Positions 16,583 through 25,887 of a stretch of 64,000 nt of DNA are shown piece by piece (positions within the stretch are counted from its first letter, which is position 1; each line of letters opens with the position of its first letter). Source of the stretch: Chloroflexota bacterium (GTDB taxonomy: Bacteria; Chloroflexota; Dehalococcoidia; Dehalococcoidales; UBA2162); contig JBDRLU010000002.1 of the NCBI GenBank assembly GCA_043812795.1, forward strand, positions 535 through 64,534, read 5' to 3'. A program made the position numbers and the translations under genes. Under the pieces are notes generated by a model. That model saw nothing but the letters and a program-made list of their open reading frames with translations. It did not search any database and was not told the origin of the DNA.

Positions 16583-17696
16583 CTGGCGGTGGGGTCTGGG
16601 CTAATGTGGCCGGGGTAGTTTGCATCGTCTGGCCGCGCCAGAAGGTGATGTCTACAGTTTGCCCAATCTGGGCTGAGTGAATCGCCCTGGTGAGCTCATC
16701 ATCGGTGGTGATATCAGTATCTCCGAACCGGGTAATAACATCGCCTCCCTGGAGGCCGGCTTTATCTGCCGGGCTGCCTGCCCCGACATTGACCACCAGT
16801 ACTCCTTTATCCACGCTCAAGCTGTACATGGCGATAGCCAGCTGGTCTACCGTATAGAGGCCGATACCGAGCCAGGGGCGTACCACATACCCGGTATTCA
16901 CCAATTGCTGGATGACAGGTAATGCCTCCTGAATGCTGATGGCATAGCCCATGCCCTCGACGCCGGAGCTGGCAATTTTGGCACTGGTGATGCCGATGAC
17001 TTCTCCCGCCATATTGACCAGAGGGCCGCCACTATTACCCGGGTTTATCGCGGCGCTGGTCTCGAGAAGTTCGTATAGTGTCTGGTCGGAGATAGTCAGG
17101 GACACGCCCAGGCGGCTGACGATGCCTTCTTTGGCGCTGATGCCCAGTCCCAATGAATTGCCGATGGCCACGACCCAGTCACCTACCCTTAATTTGCCGG
17201 AGTCTCCTACCGGTGCTGGCGGCAGACCGTTGGTACTAATCTTTAGCACGGCTAAATCGGTGAGCGGGTCGGTGGCGACTGTTTTCAGGTCGGCGGAGAA
17301 GGTCCGGCCGTCGGCCAGGGTGACATTGATGTTGGTGGCGCCTTCAACGACATGGTTATTGGTGACGATGGTGCCGTCCTCTCTTAGTATCCATCCCGAG
17401 CCGGCGCCTTCCTGGACAGCCGGGCGGTTGAAAAAGTCGTAGCCGATGGACCGGGTGTTAATCGCTACCACCGACGGTCTGACCTGAGCGACGACATCGG
17501 CGATGCTGGGTAGTAGCGGCCCCCCACTGAGTGGCGGTGGTGTCCAACCGTTGCCGGCTGGAGAAGGGGGAACCTCGGGGGGAGCAGCGATAGGGGTGGG
17601 TGTCGGAGTAACTACACGTTGCGGTAAGCAGCCGGAGCTCAAGATAAGAAGCAAGGCCAGACTCGGGGTGAGGAAGATTCTCTCCGATAGTTTCAT
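16575..17696 (-). CDS. HtrA/DegP-family serine protease with PDZ domain
   Basis: ..TNNHVV.., ..DLAVLKI.., ..GNSGGPLVN.. catalytic triad context. N-terminal signal/lipobox (LSSGC) and a C-terminal PDZ domain. Confidence 0.9.
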   Translation of the reverse strand: MKLSERIFLTPSLALLLILSSGCLPQRVVTPTPTPIAAPPEVPPSPAGNGWTPPPLSGGPLLPSIADVVAQVRPSVVAINTRSIGYDFFNRPAVQEGAGSGWILREDGTIVTNNHVVEGATNINVTLADGRTFSADLKTVATDPLTDLAVLKISTNGLPPAPVGDSGKLRVGDWVVAIGNSLGLGISAKEGIVSRLGVSLTISDQTLYELLETSAAINPGNSGGPLVNMAGEVIGITSAKIASSGVEGMGYAISIQEALPVIQQLVNTGYVVRPWLGIGLYTVDQLAIAMYSLSVDKGVLVVNVGAGSPADKAGLQGGDVITRFGDTDITTDDELTRAIHSAQIGQTVDITFWRGQTMQTTPATLAQTPPPAS

Positions 17697-17739
17697 ATAG
17701 TCTAAAATTTTAACATGGCGAACGTGATGGTAGCAAACT

Positions 17740-17770
17740 AAGAGGGCTGGTCATTTTGACCAGCCCTCTT
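17740..17770 (-). terminator. hairpin downstream of trpB2
   Basis: AAGAGGGCTGGTC-N5-GACCAGCCCTCTT, a perfect 13-bp stem. It starts 23 nt after the stop codon. Confidence 0.5.
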
Positions 17771-17792
17771 ATCGGTTCTGTTTTGCTGTGGT

Positions 17793-19163
17793 TTAGGCAC
17801 CTTCTGGCATCTGAGGCAAGGAAGCCAAGGCTTCTTTCACCTTTTCGGCAGGGTACTCATAATCCTGCAGCTTTCCGGAGAAATAACTCTCGTAGGCGGC
17901 CATATCAACATGCCCATGCCCACTATGAGCAAGGAGAATCGTCTTTGCCTCGCCTGACTCGCGGCATTTAAGAGCCTCGTCGATAGTCACCCTGATCGCA
18001 TGGTTAGTCTCCGGAGCACTGATTATTCCTTCTGCGCGTGCGAAGGTCACGCCAGCCTCGAAGGTAGCGATCTGGGGAACGGCTCTGGCCTCAATGAATC
18101 CCAATCGTAACAAGTGGCAGACGAGTGGCGCCATACCATGGTAGCGCAGACCACCAGCATGTACAGGCGGAGGTATGAAGCCATGCCCCAATGTGTACAT
18201 CTTGAGGAGAGGCGTAAGCCCAGCAACATCGCCGAAGTCATAGGCGTAGGGTCCTTTGGTAAGTGTTGGACAACTTGTCGGTTCAACACAAATAATACGT
18301 AAATCTGGCTTCTTCCCCTGAATTTTATCCTTTACAAAGGGTAGGAACATGCCTGCGAAATTAGATCCCCCACCAACACAACCGACGATTATATCTGGGT
18401 AGAACCCGGCCATTTCCATCTGCTTCATTGACTCCTGGCCAATGATAGTCTGGTGGAGCAGAACGTGGTTCAGCACACTGCCAAGCGAATAGTGGGTATC
18501 ATCGCGGGAAACGGCATCCTCGACGGCCTCACTAATGGCTAAGCCAAGGCTTCCGGGACAATCAGGGTCTTTGGCCAGCATATCCCGGCCGGCTTTAGTA
18601 TCCTTGCTGGGACTGGGGACACAGGTTGCACCCCAGGTTTCCATCATTACACGACGGTATGGTTTCTGGCGATAGCTAATACCGACCATGTAGACCTTAC
18701 ATTCAATACCAAAGAACGCACAGCCCATCGCCAAAGAACTGCCCCACTGTCCAGCACCTGTCTCGGTGGTGATTCGCTTAACCCCTTCTTTCTTATTGTA
18801 GTATGCTTGGGCCACCGCCGTATTAGGTTTATGGCTACCAGCTGGGCTCGTCCCTTCATACTTGTAGAATATCCGCGCGGGAGTATCAAGGGCTTTCTCA
18901 AGGCGGTAGGCACGGTGCAGTATAGTCGGTCTCCATACCTTGTAGATCGCCTGCACCTCTTCGGGAATTTCAACGTACTGCTCTGGGCTGAACTCCTGCA
19001 TGATGAGTGCCATCGGAAACAGAGGGGCAAGGTCATTGGGTGTTACCGGCTTTCCCGTAGCCGGATGCAGGACGGGTGGCAATGGCTCAGGTAAATCAGG
19101 CAGGATATTATACCACTTGGTCGGCATCTCTTTTTCATCGAGAATAAATTTTGTTCTTTCCAT
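17793..19163 (-). CDS. trpB: TrpB2-type tryptophan synthase beta-like PLP enzyme
   Basis: N-terminus [30 protein letters not shown].. is typical of TrpB2. Also ..GSHKPNTA.., ..[11 protein letters not shown]... ATG 19163 follows GGAG. The upstream part of the track ORF lies in the T-box leader. Confidence 0.85.
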   Translation of the reverse strand: MERTKFILDEKEMPTKWYNILPDLPEPLPPVLHPATGKPVTPNDLAPLFPMALIMQEFSPEQYVEIPEEVQAIYKVWRPTILHRAYRLEKALDTPARIFYKYEGTSPAGSHKPNTAVAQAYYNKKEGVKRITTETGAGQWGSSLAMGCAFFGIECKVYMVGISYRQKPYRRVMMETWGATCVPSPSKDTKAGRDMLAKDPDCPGSLGLAISEAVEDAVSRDDTHYSLGSVLNHVLLHQTIIGQESMKQMEMAGFYPDIIVGCVGGGSNFAGMFLPFVKDKIQGKKPDLRIICVEPTSCPTLTKGPYAYDFGDVAGLTPLLKMYTLGHGFIPPPVHAGGLRYHGMAPLVCHLLRLGFIEARAVPQIATFEAGVTFARAEGIISAPETNHAIRVTIDEALKCRESGEAKTILLAHSGHGHVDMAAYESYFSGKLQDYEYPAEKVKEALASLPQMPEGA

Positions 19164-19206
19164 GTTTCTCCTTTTTCGATATATCTCTCGTTGTGGCTTT
19201 CCCGTT

Positions 19207-19528
19207 AAAATAGAAAGCCTCCTGTCCGCTGAAGGGGCAGGAGGCTGTTGCTGCGGTGCCACCCTTCTTGTCCTTCATCTAATTCAGTGAAGGACATCTC
19301 TTCGCAGTACCAAGCTGGACTTCCGATAGAGTGGCTCAGCTTAATACCTGGACTAAGCTAACGCTGCCCCTGCGGCACAACCTACTCGGGCTACCTGTGC
19401 CCTTTCAGTTGACGGCTCTCCGGTCCATTCGGCTCCCGGCGTCTGGCATCGGCTCACACCTTACCCGACTCTCTGTGCCCCGCTGTGGAGCTTACTCGTC
19501 CGACTCACAGCCTTTACATATTTGATTA
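19207..19528 (-). promoter_or_regulatory. T-box riboswitch leader, Trp (UGG) specifier
   Basis: On the minus strand: CAGAGAGUCGGG..GGUGUGAGCC (stem I), GAA-UGG-A specifier (plus 19425-19427), T-box AAGAAGGGUGGCACCGCAG (plus 19251-19269), and terminator AGCCUCCUGCCCC-N6-GGACAGGAGGCU-UUCUAUUUU (19207-19246). Confidence 0.85.
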
Positions 19529-19535
19529 TCTTTGG

Positions 19536-19564
19536 ATTGTATGCTAATGTGTGATGTCTGTCAA
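19536..19564 (-). promoter_or_regulatory. sigma-70-type promoter for the T-box/trpB2 transcript
   Basis: Minus strand reads TTGACA-17 nt-TACAAT. Confidence 0.65.
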
Positions 19565-19573
19565 GGGTGAAGC

Positions 19574-19603
19574 TTGACACGTTGCCTGTAACACTGATAA
19601 AAT
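19574..19603 (+). promoter_or_regulatory. sigma-70-type promoter for rplU-rpmA
   Basis: TTGACA-18 nt-TAAAAT, placed back to back with the trpB2 promoter. Confidence 0.65.
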
Positions 19604-19625
19604 CTTTACGTTTGGGAGGTGTGAG

Positions 19626-20009
19626 ATTTACGCTATAATTGAGACCGGTGGCAAGCAGTATAGAGTAGCCCCCGGGCAGGTTATCCAGGTTGACCACCTG
19701 GACAATGCCTTCGAGGGGGATACCGTCGAACTGGACAAAGTGCTGCTTTTCTCCGGTGACGATAAGGTTACCGTGGGCACGCCTACTGTGGAAGGAGCCA
19801 AGGTCGTTGCTACTTCCCAGGGAGAGCGGCGTGGCCGGAAAGTCATTGTCTTCCGCTACAAGAGTAAAGTACGGTCGCGCCGGAAGACAGGCTCTCACCA
19901 CCTTTATACCAGATTGTCCATCGATAAAATAGTCGGGCTAACTGCCGAGCCGGAAAAACCGAAGCGGGCTAGCCGTCGTAAAAAAGAGGTGACTGAAAGT
20001 GGCACATAA
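19626..20009 (+). CDS. rplU: 50S ribosomal protein L21, ATT start codon
   Basis: (M)[24 protein letters not shown].. is the conserved L21 N-terminus. There is no ATG/GTG/TTG/CTG in frame after the TGA at 19575. GGGAGGTG lies 5 nt upstream of ATT 19626. Confidence 0.9.
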   Translation: MYAIIETGGKQYRVAPGQVIQVDHLDNAFEGDTVELDKVLLFSGDDKVTVGTPTVEGAKVVATSQGERRGRKVIVFRYKSKVRSRRKTGSHHLYTRLSIDKIVGLTAEPEKPKRASRRKKEVTESGT

Positions 20010-20253
20010 AAAAGGAGGCGGGAAGACTCATAACGGCCGTGATAGCCAGTCCAAACGACTCGGTGTAAAGCGGTATGCCGGACAGGCAGTCAAGGCAGGG
20101 ACGATTCTCGTCCGGCAGCGGGGTACCCGCATTCATCCCGGGGCTAACGTCGGGGTGGGTAAAGATTACACCCTCTTCGCTCTGATTGATGGTACGGTCC
20201 AGTTCGGACCAACCAGTAAAGACCGCAGAGAGGTCAGTGTTTCCGCGAGTTAA
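19999..20253 (+). CDS. rpmA: 50S ribosomal protein L27
   Basis: [43 protein letters not shown]... GTG start. Confidence 0.95.
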   Translation: MAHKKGGGKTHNGRDSQSKRLGVKRYAGQAVKAGTILVRQRGTRIHPGANVGVGKDYTLFALIDGTVQFGPTSKDRREVSVSAS

Positions 20254-20258
20254 CGAAT

Positions 20259-20465
20259 ATGAAAGAAAAAATTCATCCTAAATATTTCTCCGATGCCAAG
20301 GTAGTCTGTGCCTGCGGCAACACTTTTACCATCGGTTCCACCAAGAAGCTCATTAAAGTAGAGATGTGCGATAAATGCCATCCCTTCTTCACCGGCGAAC
20401 GCAGGATGATGGATACGGCGGGACGGGTGGAGCGGTTCAAGCGGCGCTACGGCATCAAAGACTAA
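20259..20465 (+). CDS. rpmE: 50S ribosomal protein L31
   Basis: MKEKIHPKYF..VVCACGNTFTIGST..VEMCDKCHPFFTG. Confidence 0.95.
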   Translation: MKEKIHPKYFSDAKVVCACGNTFTIGSTKKLIKVEMCDKCHPFFTGERRMMDTAGRVERFKRRYGIKD

Positions 20466-20502
20466 GACCCGGTATCTTGCCATTGGAAGAAAAAATAAGG
20501 CA

Positions 20503-20528
20503 GGGCGGTACAGTGCACCGCCCTTTTC
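20503..20528 (+). terminator. terminator after rpmE
   Basis: GGGCGGT-ACAGTGC-ACCGCCC followed by TTTTCC. Confidence 0.55.
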
Positions 20529-20545
20529 CATTATCGGGAGGTATT

Positions 20546-21427
20546 GTGGCTGATAGGTTCTATTACGGCGGGCAGGCGGTCTTTGAGGGCGTGATGATGC
20601 GCGGGCGAAAGACGATGGTAACCGTGGTGCGCCGTACCGATGGTACGCTGGTGACGGACACGCGGCAATTGCACCGCTTTTATACCGGCTGGTTACGGAA
20701 GGCGCCGATATTACGCGGCATTATTGTCCTCATCGAAGCTCTGGTGCTGGGAATCCAGACCTTACTCTTTTCCGCCGAGCTATCTCTTGAGGAAGAAGGG
20801 GAAAAAATATCCGGAGGTATGGTCTGGCTGATTATGACAGTGGCTGTATCGCTGGCGGTTGTCCTGTTTTTTCTTGCGCCCCTTTTCCTGACCAGACTAT
20901 TACACATCAATGACCCGTTGTTATTCAATCTGGTGGATGGCCTTATCCGCGTAGCTATTTTCGTGGCTTATCTGAAACTGATGGGGCTCGTCCCGGACGT
21001 TAAGCGGGTCTTTGCCTATCATGGCGCCGAGCACAAATCGGTGAATGCCTACGAAGCCGGCGTCCCTCTGGAAGTGGCGGCGGTCAAGCAGCACAGCACG
21101 GCCCATGTACGCTGCGGCACCAGTTTTCTCTTCGTGGTAATGATTATCTCGATTATTATCTTTGCTCTGGTCGGCCTTCCGGCCCTGTGGTTAATGGTGC
21201 TGTCACGTATCGTCCTCGTGCCACTGATAGCAGCGCTGAGCTATGAGTTTATTTACTTCAGCGGCCGTCACGCCCATAATCGCTTTGTCCGGCTGATTAC
21301 GGCACCCGGGTTGTGGCTGCAGTCAATGACAACCCGCGAACCCGACGATAGCCAGCTTGAGGTGGCTTTATCGGCATTGAGCAAGGTAGTCGAAGCCGAC
21401 CAGCCGGCGGCTCAAGCTGCATCCTGA
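20546..21427 (+). CDS. DUF1385-family membrane protein
   Basis: (M)ADRFYYGGQAVFEGVMMRG.. and ..AYHGAEHKSVNAYE.. motifs. GTG 20546 follows GGGAGG. The upstream part of the track ORF overlaps rpmE and was discarded. Confidence 0.8.
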   Translation: MADRFYYGGQAVFEGVMMRGRKTMVTVVRRTDGTLVTDTRQLHRFYTGWLRKAPILRGIIVLIEALVLGIQTLLFSAELSLEEEGEKISGGMVWLIMTVAVSLAVVLFFLAPLFLTRLLHINDPLLFNLVDGLIRVAIFVAYLKLMGLVPDVKRVFAYHGAEHKSVNAYEAGVPLEVAAVKQHSTAHVRCGTSFLFVVMIISIIIFALVGLPALWLMVLSRIVLVPLIAALSYEFIYFSGRHAHNRFVRLITAPGLWLQSMTTREPDDSQLEVALSALSKVVEADQPAAQAAS

Positions 21428-21439
21428 GGGTTACCTGAC

Positions 21440-21880
21440 TTACTTCCGCAATATGGCATCCAGGGCAGAGGGGCCCTCATATTCAACGAGGTCGATTCTG
21501 CAGCCGAATATCGGGCCATAAAGGGCCTGTCGCATCTTACCGACATGTTCCTCGTGGAGGAGGCGGATGCCTTTCTTTTTCATCTCCGCTTTGGCTGCCT
21601 CCAGGTTATCTACTTTGAAATAGATAACGCGTACGCCCTCGTTCGCGACGGGCGGGTCTTTCTCGACCAGCTCGAGGCCGATACGGCTGTGGGATGCCTT
21701 CCGGCTCTTGCCGATGAAAGCGCGGTGTTCATCGCTAATCGGTTCGTTCAAAAGCAGTTCCCGTTTGACATCGGTTGGTGACTTGGTAAAGGTCAGGCCG
21801 AAAACGTCGGAAAAGAACTTTTCGGCTTCAGCCAGGTTCTTGACCCCGATAGATACCCGTTCCAGTTTTTCTATTTTCAT
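21440..21880 (-). CDS. VOC/glyoxalase-fold protein (methylmalonyl-CoA epimerase-like)
   Basis: 146 aa. MKIEKLERVSIGVKNLAEAEKFFSDVFGL.. is typical of the glyoxalase/bleomycin-resistance fold. The function is not resolved. Confidence 0.6.
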   Translation of the reverse strand: MKIEKLERVSIGVKNLAEAEKFFSDVFGLTFTKSPTDVKRELLLNEPISDEHRAFIGKSRKASHSRIGLELVEKDPPVANEGVRVIYFKVDNLEAAKAEMKKKGIRLLHEEHVGKMRQALYGPIFGCRIDLVEYEGPSALDAILRK

Positions 21881-21961
21881 CCTCGTCCTCCTCCTTATTT
21901 TGTTCTGGTGTTAGGCGCATTCTAACTAAGGGAAGTTAGGAGTGTCAACTGCTATGTCAAT

Positions 21962-22037
21962 GTCATTCCAGCGAAAGCTGGAATCCAGAAAAATGGCTTC
22001 CCTATTTTGGGGGATTCTGAATCAAGTTCAGTATGAC
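21962..22037. repeat. palindromic repeat modules
   Basis: GTCATTCCAGCGAAAGCTGGAATCCAG and GATTCTGAATCAAGTTCAGTATGAC. The GTCATTC.. module type is also seen at 8400, 29148 and 33066. Confidence 0.65.
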
Positions 22038-22078
22038 GTCAGTATTTGGACTGGATGCTGACGGCTGTTAGCTGAGGG

Positions 22079-22414
22079 CTACTTCAACTGCTGGAAAAAG
22101 CAGGACCTGTTGCCGGTATGGCAGACGGGGCCGGTGGGGTGCACTTTGACCAGGAGAGTATCGTTATCGCAGTCCAGCCAGACCGAGCGTATCTGGAGAC
22201 GGTTGCCCGAAGTATCGCCTTTGTGCCAGAGCTCCTGGCGGCTGCGGCTGTAGAACCAGACTTCGTCGCCGGCCATGGTGCGGCGAAAGGCTTCTTTGTT
22301 CATATAGCCCAGCATCAGTACTTCGCCGGTATCCGCATCCTGGATGATAGCCGAGAGAAGTCCCTTATCATCTAATTTCAATTCGTCGGGCGATATTTCC
22401 TTAGGTTCTGGCAT
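22079..22414 (-). CDS. hisI: phosphoribosyl-AMP cyclohydrolase
   Basis: ..[56 protein letters not shown]...GPVCHTG. Confidence 0.9.
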   Translation of the reverse strand: MPEPKEISPDELKLDDKGLLSAIIQDADTGEVLMLGYMNKEAFRRTMAGDEVWFYSRSRQELWHKGDTSGNRLQIRSVWLDCDNDTLLVKVHPTGPVCHTGNRSCFFQQLK

Positions 22415-22437
22415 AATTCCTCGTTTTCCGTTTGTTT

Positions 22438-23154
22438 TTAGGATGAGATAACTGAGATGGCCTGCTTCAGGTCGATATCGCCGGTATAGAGTGCCTTACC
22501 GATAACGGCCCCTTCGACACCGAGTTCTTTCAGTAGTTTCAGGTGGGTCAGTGACGAAATGCCACCAGCAGCAATGACCGGTAGCCTGATTTCATCGATT
22601 AGCTCATAAATGGCGGTGAAATTAGGCCCGCTGAGGGTACCGTCGCGGCTGATATCGGTGTGGATAAACCGTTTTACTCCAAGGTCGGCGAGAAATTTGG
22701 CGAATTCGATGGTGGTCAGCTCAGTATCCTGCTGCCAGCCGTGAATCGAGATGTGTCCTTCTCTGGCATCGAGGCTAACCGCTATCGAGTCGTTAAACTT
22801 ATGGCAGGCCTCCTCGATTAGTTTGGGTTCTTCGGCGGCGGCCGTGCCGAGGATAATACGCTCGATGCCGTCCTTGAGAAACTGTTCGATAGTATCAAGG
22901 CGACGGATACCGCCACCGAGTTGAACGGGTACGAGCATGACGTTGGCGAGCTGTTTGATGATATCCTGGTTTTGTGGCTCGCCCTGGGCGGCGCCGTTAA
23001 GGTCAACAACATGTATTCGCGGCGCGCCCAAGCTCTGCCATTTCAACGCCACCTCCAGCGGGTCGTCGGAATAGACCGTTTCCTCGTTGTATTTACCCTG
23101 ATAAAGGCGGACGCACTTGCCGCCTTTCAGGTCAATAGCCGGGATAACTTCTAT
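22438..23154 (-). CDS. hisA: HisA (ProFAR isomerase), probable ATA start codon
   Basis: (M)[24 protein letters not shown].. contains the catalytic AIDL Asp and lies upstream of the first canonical start (GTG 23052). There is no ATG/GTG/TTG after the TGA at 23167-23169. GAGGTGG lies 7 nt upstream of ATA 23154. Confidence 0.85.
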   Translation of the reverse strand: MEVIPAIDLKGGKCVRLYQGKYNEETVYSDDPLEVALKWQSLGAPRIHVVDLNGAAQGEPQNQDIIKQLANVMLVPVQLGGGIRRLDTIEQFLKDGIERIILGTAAAEEPKLIEEACHKFNDSIAVSLDAREGHISIHGWQQDTELTTIEFAKFLADLGVKRFIHTDISRDGTLSGPNFTAIYELIDEIRLPVIAAGGISSLTHLKLLKELGVEGAVIGKALYTGDIDLKQAISVISS

Positions 23155-23166
23155 TTTTGGTCCACC

Positions 23167-24738
23167 TCACAGGTTAATATTCGAGTATTTGCGCCAGAGC
23201 TTGCCAGTGAATGCCTTGTTATCCTTGTTTTTGTCCGCGAGAATGTCCAGCGCTCTGTTTATCATTTTTCGAGTATCGCTCGGCATGATGACGTCGTCGG
23301 TAAAGCCACGCTCGGCGGAGCGGTACGGGTTCTCATAAAGTTCGCTGTATTCACTGATACGCTGGGCAGCCAGCTCTTTGGGATTAGCGGCTTCTCTGAT
23401 TTCGCGGGCGAAGATGACACTGGCGGCTGTTTCAGCACCGACGATGGTAATACGGGCCGTCGGCCACGCGTAAACAAGGTCGGCGCCAATGGATTTATCC
23501 AGCATGCCATAGTGAGCGCCGGCATAGGACTTCCGGAGCATGATGCTAATCAGAGGAATGGTCGCATCCGCCCAGGCGAAAAGCAGCTTGGCGCCGTGGC
23601 GCAGGATGCCTTTCCACTCCTGTTCCGAGCCAATCATGTAGCCCGGGCAGTCCTGAAGGGAAACGACCGGAATATTGAATAAGTCGCAGAAGCGGATAAA
23701 CCGGGCGCCTTTATCGGCGGCGTCACAATCGATGACGCCCGAAGCCCAGAGGGGCTGGTTGGCCCAGATGCCCACCGGGCGTCCGCCAAACCGGGCGAAG
23801 CCGGTGATGACGGTGCGAGCATGGTCTTTCATCGTCTCGAAGAAGAGGCCGTCGTCAACGATAGCCTTAATCACTTTCTGCATGTCATAGGGCTGGTTGG
23901 GGCGGTCGGGAATAATCGTGTCCAGTTCGGGAATAACCCGCTCCGGGTTATCTTTGGTGACCAGAATTGGCGGCATCTCTCTATTGTTGTTGGGCAGGAA
24001 GGACAGGAGCGCCTTAGCTTTGTCCAGAGCGTCCTTATCGTCCTCAGCGACAACATGGGTCTGCCCGGCCTTAATGGCATGGGCTTCCCAGCTGGATAGT
24101 TTTTCCAGGGTAATATCTTCACCAAGCTGGGTTTTGACAAAAGCGGGGCCGGCAATGCCCATAAAGCCGGTCTTGCGTGTTTGAATGAGGAAGTCCTGCA
24201 TAATGGGATGGTAAGCCTGCCCGCCGAGGCAGGGGCCCATGAGCACCGCGATTTGCGGCACGATGCCCGAAGCCTGGATTTGGGTACGGAAGAGCCAGCC
24301 GTAAGCCTCAAGGGTATCCATGCCTTCCTGCAGACGGGCACCACCCGAGTCATTCATGCCGACAATCGGCCAGCCTTTTTCTTTGGCGAGCTCAATGGCA
24401 CGTGTTTCCTTCTTGCCATGATATTCGCCGAAGGTACCGGCGAGGGCCATGAAATCTTCGGCAAAGGCGACTACCCAGCGGCCATTGACCTTGCCATAGC
24501 CGGTGACGACGCCTTCAGCCGGTATTTCACGTTTGTCCATGCCGAAGGCCGTGGTGCGATGACGGACAAAGATGCCCAATTCATTGAAAGTGCCGGGGTC
24601 GAAGAAATAGTTTATCCTCTCCCGTGCCGTCATCGACCCGCCCTTGTGCCGCTTTTCGATATCGGCGGGCGATGCCATCTCCTCTATTTTCTTTCGCTTC
24701 TCTAGGTATGACTCGATTAGTTCCTTGGTTGTTGCCAT
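23167..24738 (-). CDS. acyl-CoA carboxylase carboxyltransferase subunit (propionyl-CoA carboxylase beta / methylmalonyl-CoA carboxyltransferase 12S-like)
   Basis: 523 aa with the two crotonase-like halves. Motifs ..MNDSGGARLQEG.. and ..CPGYMIGSEQEWKGILRHGAKLL... Confidence 0.9.
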   Translation of the reverse strand: MATTKELIESYLEKRKKIEEMASPADIEKRHKGGSMTARERINYFFDPGTFNELGIFVRHRTTAFGMDKREIPAEGVVTGYGKVNGRWVVAFAEDFMALAGTFGEYHGKKETRAIELAKEKGWPIVGMNDSGGARLQEGMDTLEAYGWLFRTQIQASGIVPQIAVLMGPCLGGQAYHPIMQDFLIQTRKTGFMGIAGPAFVKTQLGEDITLEKLSSWEAHAIKAGQTHVVAEDDKDALDKAKALLSFLPNNNREMPPILVTKDNPERVIPELDTIIPDRPNQPYDMQKVIKAIVDDGLFFETMKDHARTVITGFARFGGRPVGIWANQPLWASGVIDCDAADKGARFIRFCDLFNIPVVSLQDCPGYMIGSEQEWKGILRHGAKLLFAWADATIPLISIMLRKSYAGAHYGMLDKSIGADLVYAWPTARITIVGAETAASVIFAREIREAANPKELAAQRISEYSELYENPYRSAERGFTDDVIMPSDTRKMINRALDILADKNKDNKAFTGKLWRKYSNINL

Positions 24739-24777
24739 TACTACGACCTCCTTCTTTTTAATATCAGGGGCGTGTTG

Positions 24778-25749
24778 CTAGGTGAGATTCATCCTTTCCT
24801 TGACTTCCTTGATTGTTTCACGGGCAATAACCTGGGCTTTGCGGGCACCATCAGCCAGGACTTCGGTGACATATTCAGGCCGGGCAGCCAGGGCGTTCCT
24901 CCGTTCGCGGAAGGGGGCCAGGGTGGTGTTAATGCCTTCGGCCAGGCGCGTCTTGCATTCGACACAGCCGATTTTAGCGGCGCGGCACTGTACGCCGATA
25001 GTCTCCAGTTCGGCCGGCTCGAAATACTGATGCAGCCGGAAAATATTACAGATTTCCGGATGTCCCGGGTCGGTGCGGAGGCGGCGGGCTGGGTCGGTAA
25101 CGGCGGTCATCACCCGCGCCCTGGTCTCCTCGGGGGAAAGCGATATCGGGATATCGTTATCGAGTTGTTTGCTCATTTTCTCTTTACCATCTAACCCCAG
25201 TATCAGCGGGAAAGGCGTCAGTTTGGCCTGCGGTTCAGGGAAGACCGGGCTGAAAAGGCTATTAAAGCGCCGGACTATCTCCCGGGCTAGTTCAAGATGA
25301 GGCAACTGGTCTTCGCCCACCGGCACGACCTCCGCCTTATACAATATAATGTCCGCCGTCATCAGCACCGGGTAGCCGACCAGCCCGTAATTCACATTGT
25401 GAGGCTGGATTTTTACCTTGTCCTTGAAGGTCGGCACACGCAGGAGCCAGCTTAGCGGTGTAATCATACTCAAATAGGTGTGCAGTTCCATTACCTCGGG
25501 CACCCGGGACTGGACGAAAATAATACTCCTTTCCGGATTAATCCCTGCCGCCAGCCAGTCGAGCGCCAGCTCGCGGATATTTGCCTGTAGTTGGCCGGTG
25601 TCCTCGAGAGAAGTCAGGGCGTGGACATCGACAATACAATAGATGCAATTGTATTCGTCCTGTAGTTTAACATAGTTTTGAATAGCCCCAAGGTAATTAC
25701 CGATATGCTGACGGCCGGTGGGACGAGCACCGGAAAAAACACGTTTCAT
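24778..25749 (-). CDS. trpS: tryptophan--tRNA ligase
   Basis: MKRVFSGARPTGRQHIGNYLGA.. (HIGH-like motif) and ..KMSKQ.. (KMSKS). Confidence 0.95.
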   Translation of the reverse strand: MKRVFSGARPTGRQHIGNYLGAIQNYVKLQDEYNCIYCIVDVHALTSLEDTGQLQANIRELALDWLAAGINPERSIIFVQSRVPEVMELHTYLSMITPLSWLLRVPTFKDKVKIQPHNVNYGLVGYPVLMTADIILYKAEVVPVGEDQLPHLELAREIVRRFNSLFSPVFPEPQAKLTPFPLILGLDGKEKMSKQLDNDIPISLSPEETRARVMTAVTDPARRLRTDPGHPEICNIFRLHQYFEPAELETIGVQCRAAKIGCVECKTRLAEGINTTLAPFRERRNALAARPEYVTEVLADGARKAQVIARETIKEVKERMNLT

Positions 25750-25887
25750 GCTGCTAATTTACCCTTGTGCAGTGTAGCACAAAAGTGGCGCTGGGGCAAG
25801 ATGAATTGTGGTACCCCAGCGCGGACTAACCAAATTAGGTTGGCCTCGTTATAATAGATTGTAGAATTATTCGGAGGGAGGCATAGA

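Noticed and set aside
20375-20545. An upstream extension of the DUF1385 ORF that overlaps rpmE.
   Set aside because: The family N-terminus (ADRFYYGGQAVFEGVMMRG) begins at GTG 20546, right after a GGGAGG SD and after the rpmE terminator hairpin. The extension is Gly/Arg-rich filler.
22921-23682. A 253-aa plus-strand ORF spanning the hisA/carboxyltransferase junction. Similar long antisense ORFs occur at 40582-41274 (argB), 39977-40513 (argD), 34477-35133 (DAK2 gene), 24181-24705 and 26692-27312.
   Set aside because: All lie opposite genes with strong family motifs, and none has a motif of its own. They are shadow ORFs.
25786-25822. A 9-bp stem, GCGCTGGGG-N17-CCCCAGCGC, in the trpS/serpin divergent intergenic region. 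I considered it as a possible second T-box or regulatory hairpin.
   Set aside because: No T-box sequence, specifier loop or terminator U tract is present, and the leader is far too short for a T-box. An isolated GC stem alone is not enough.
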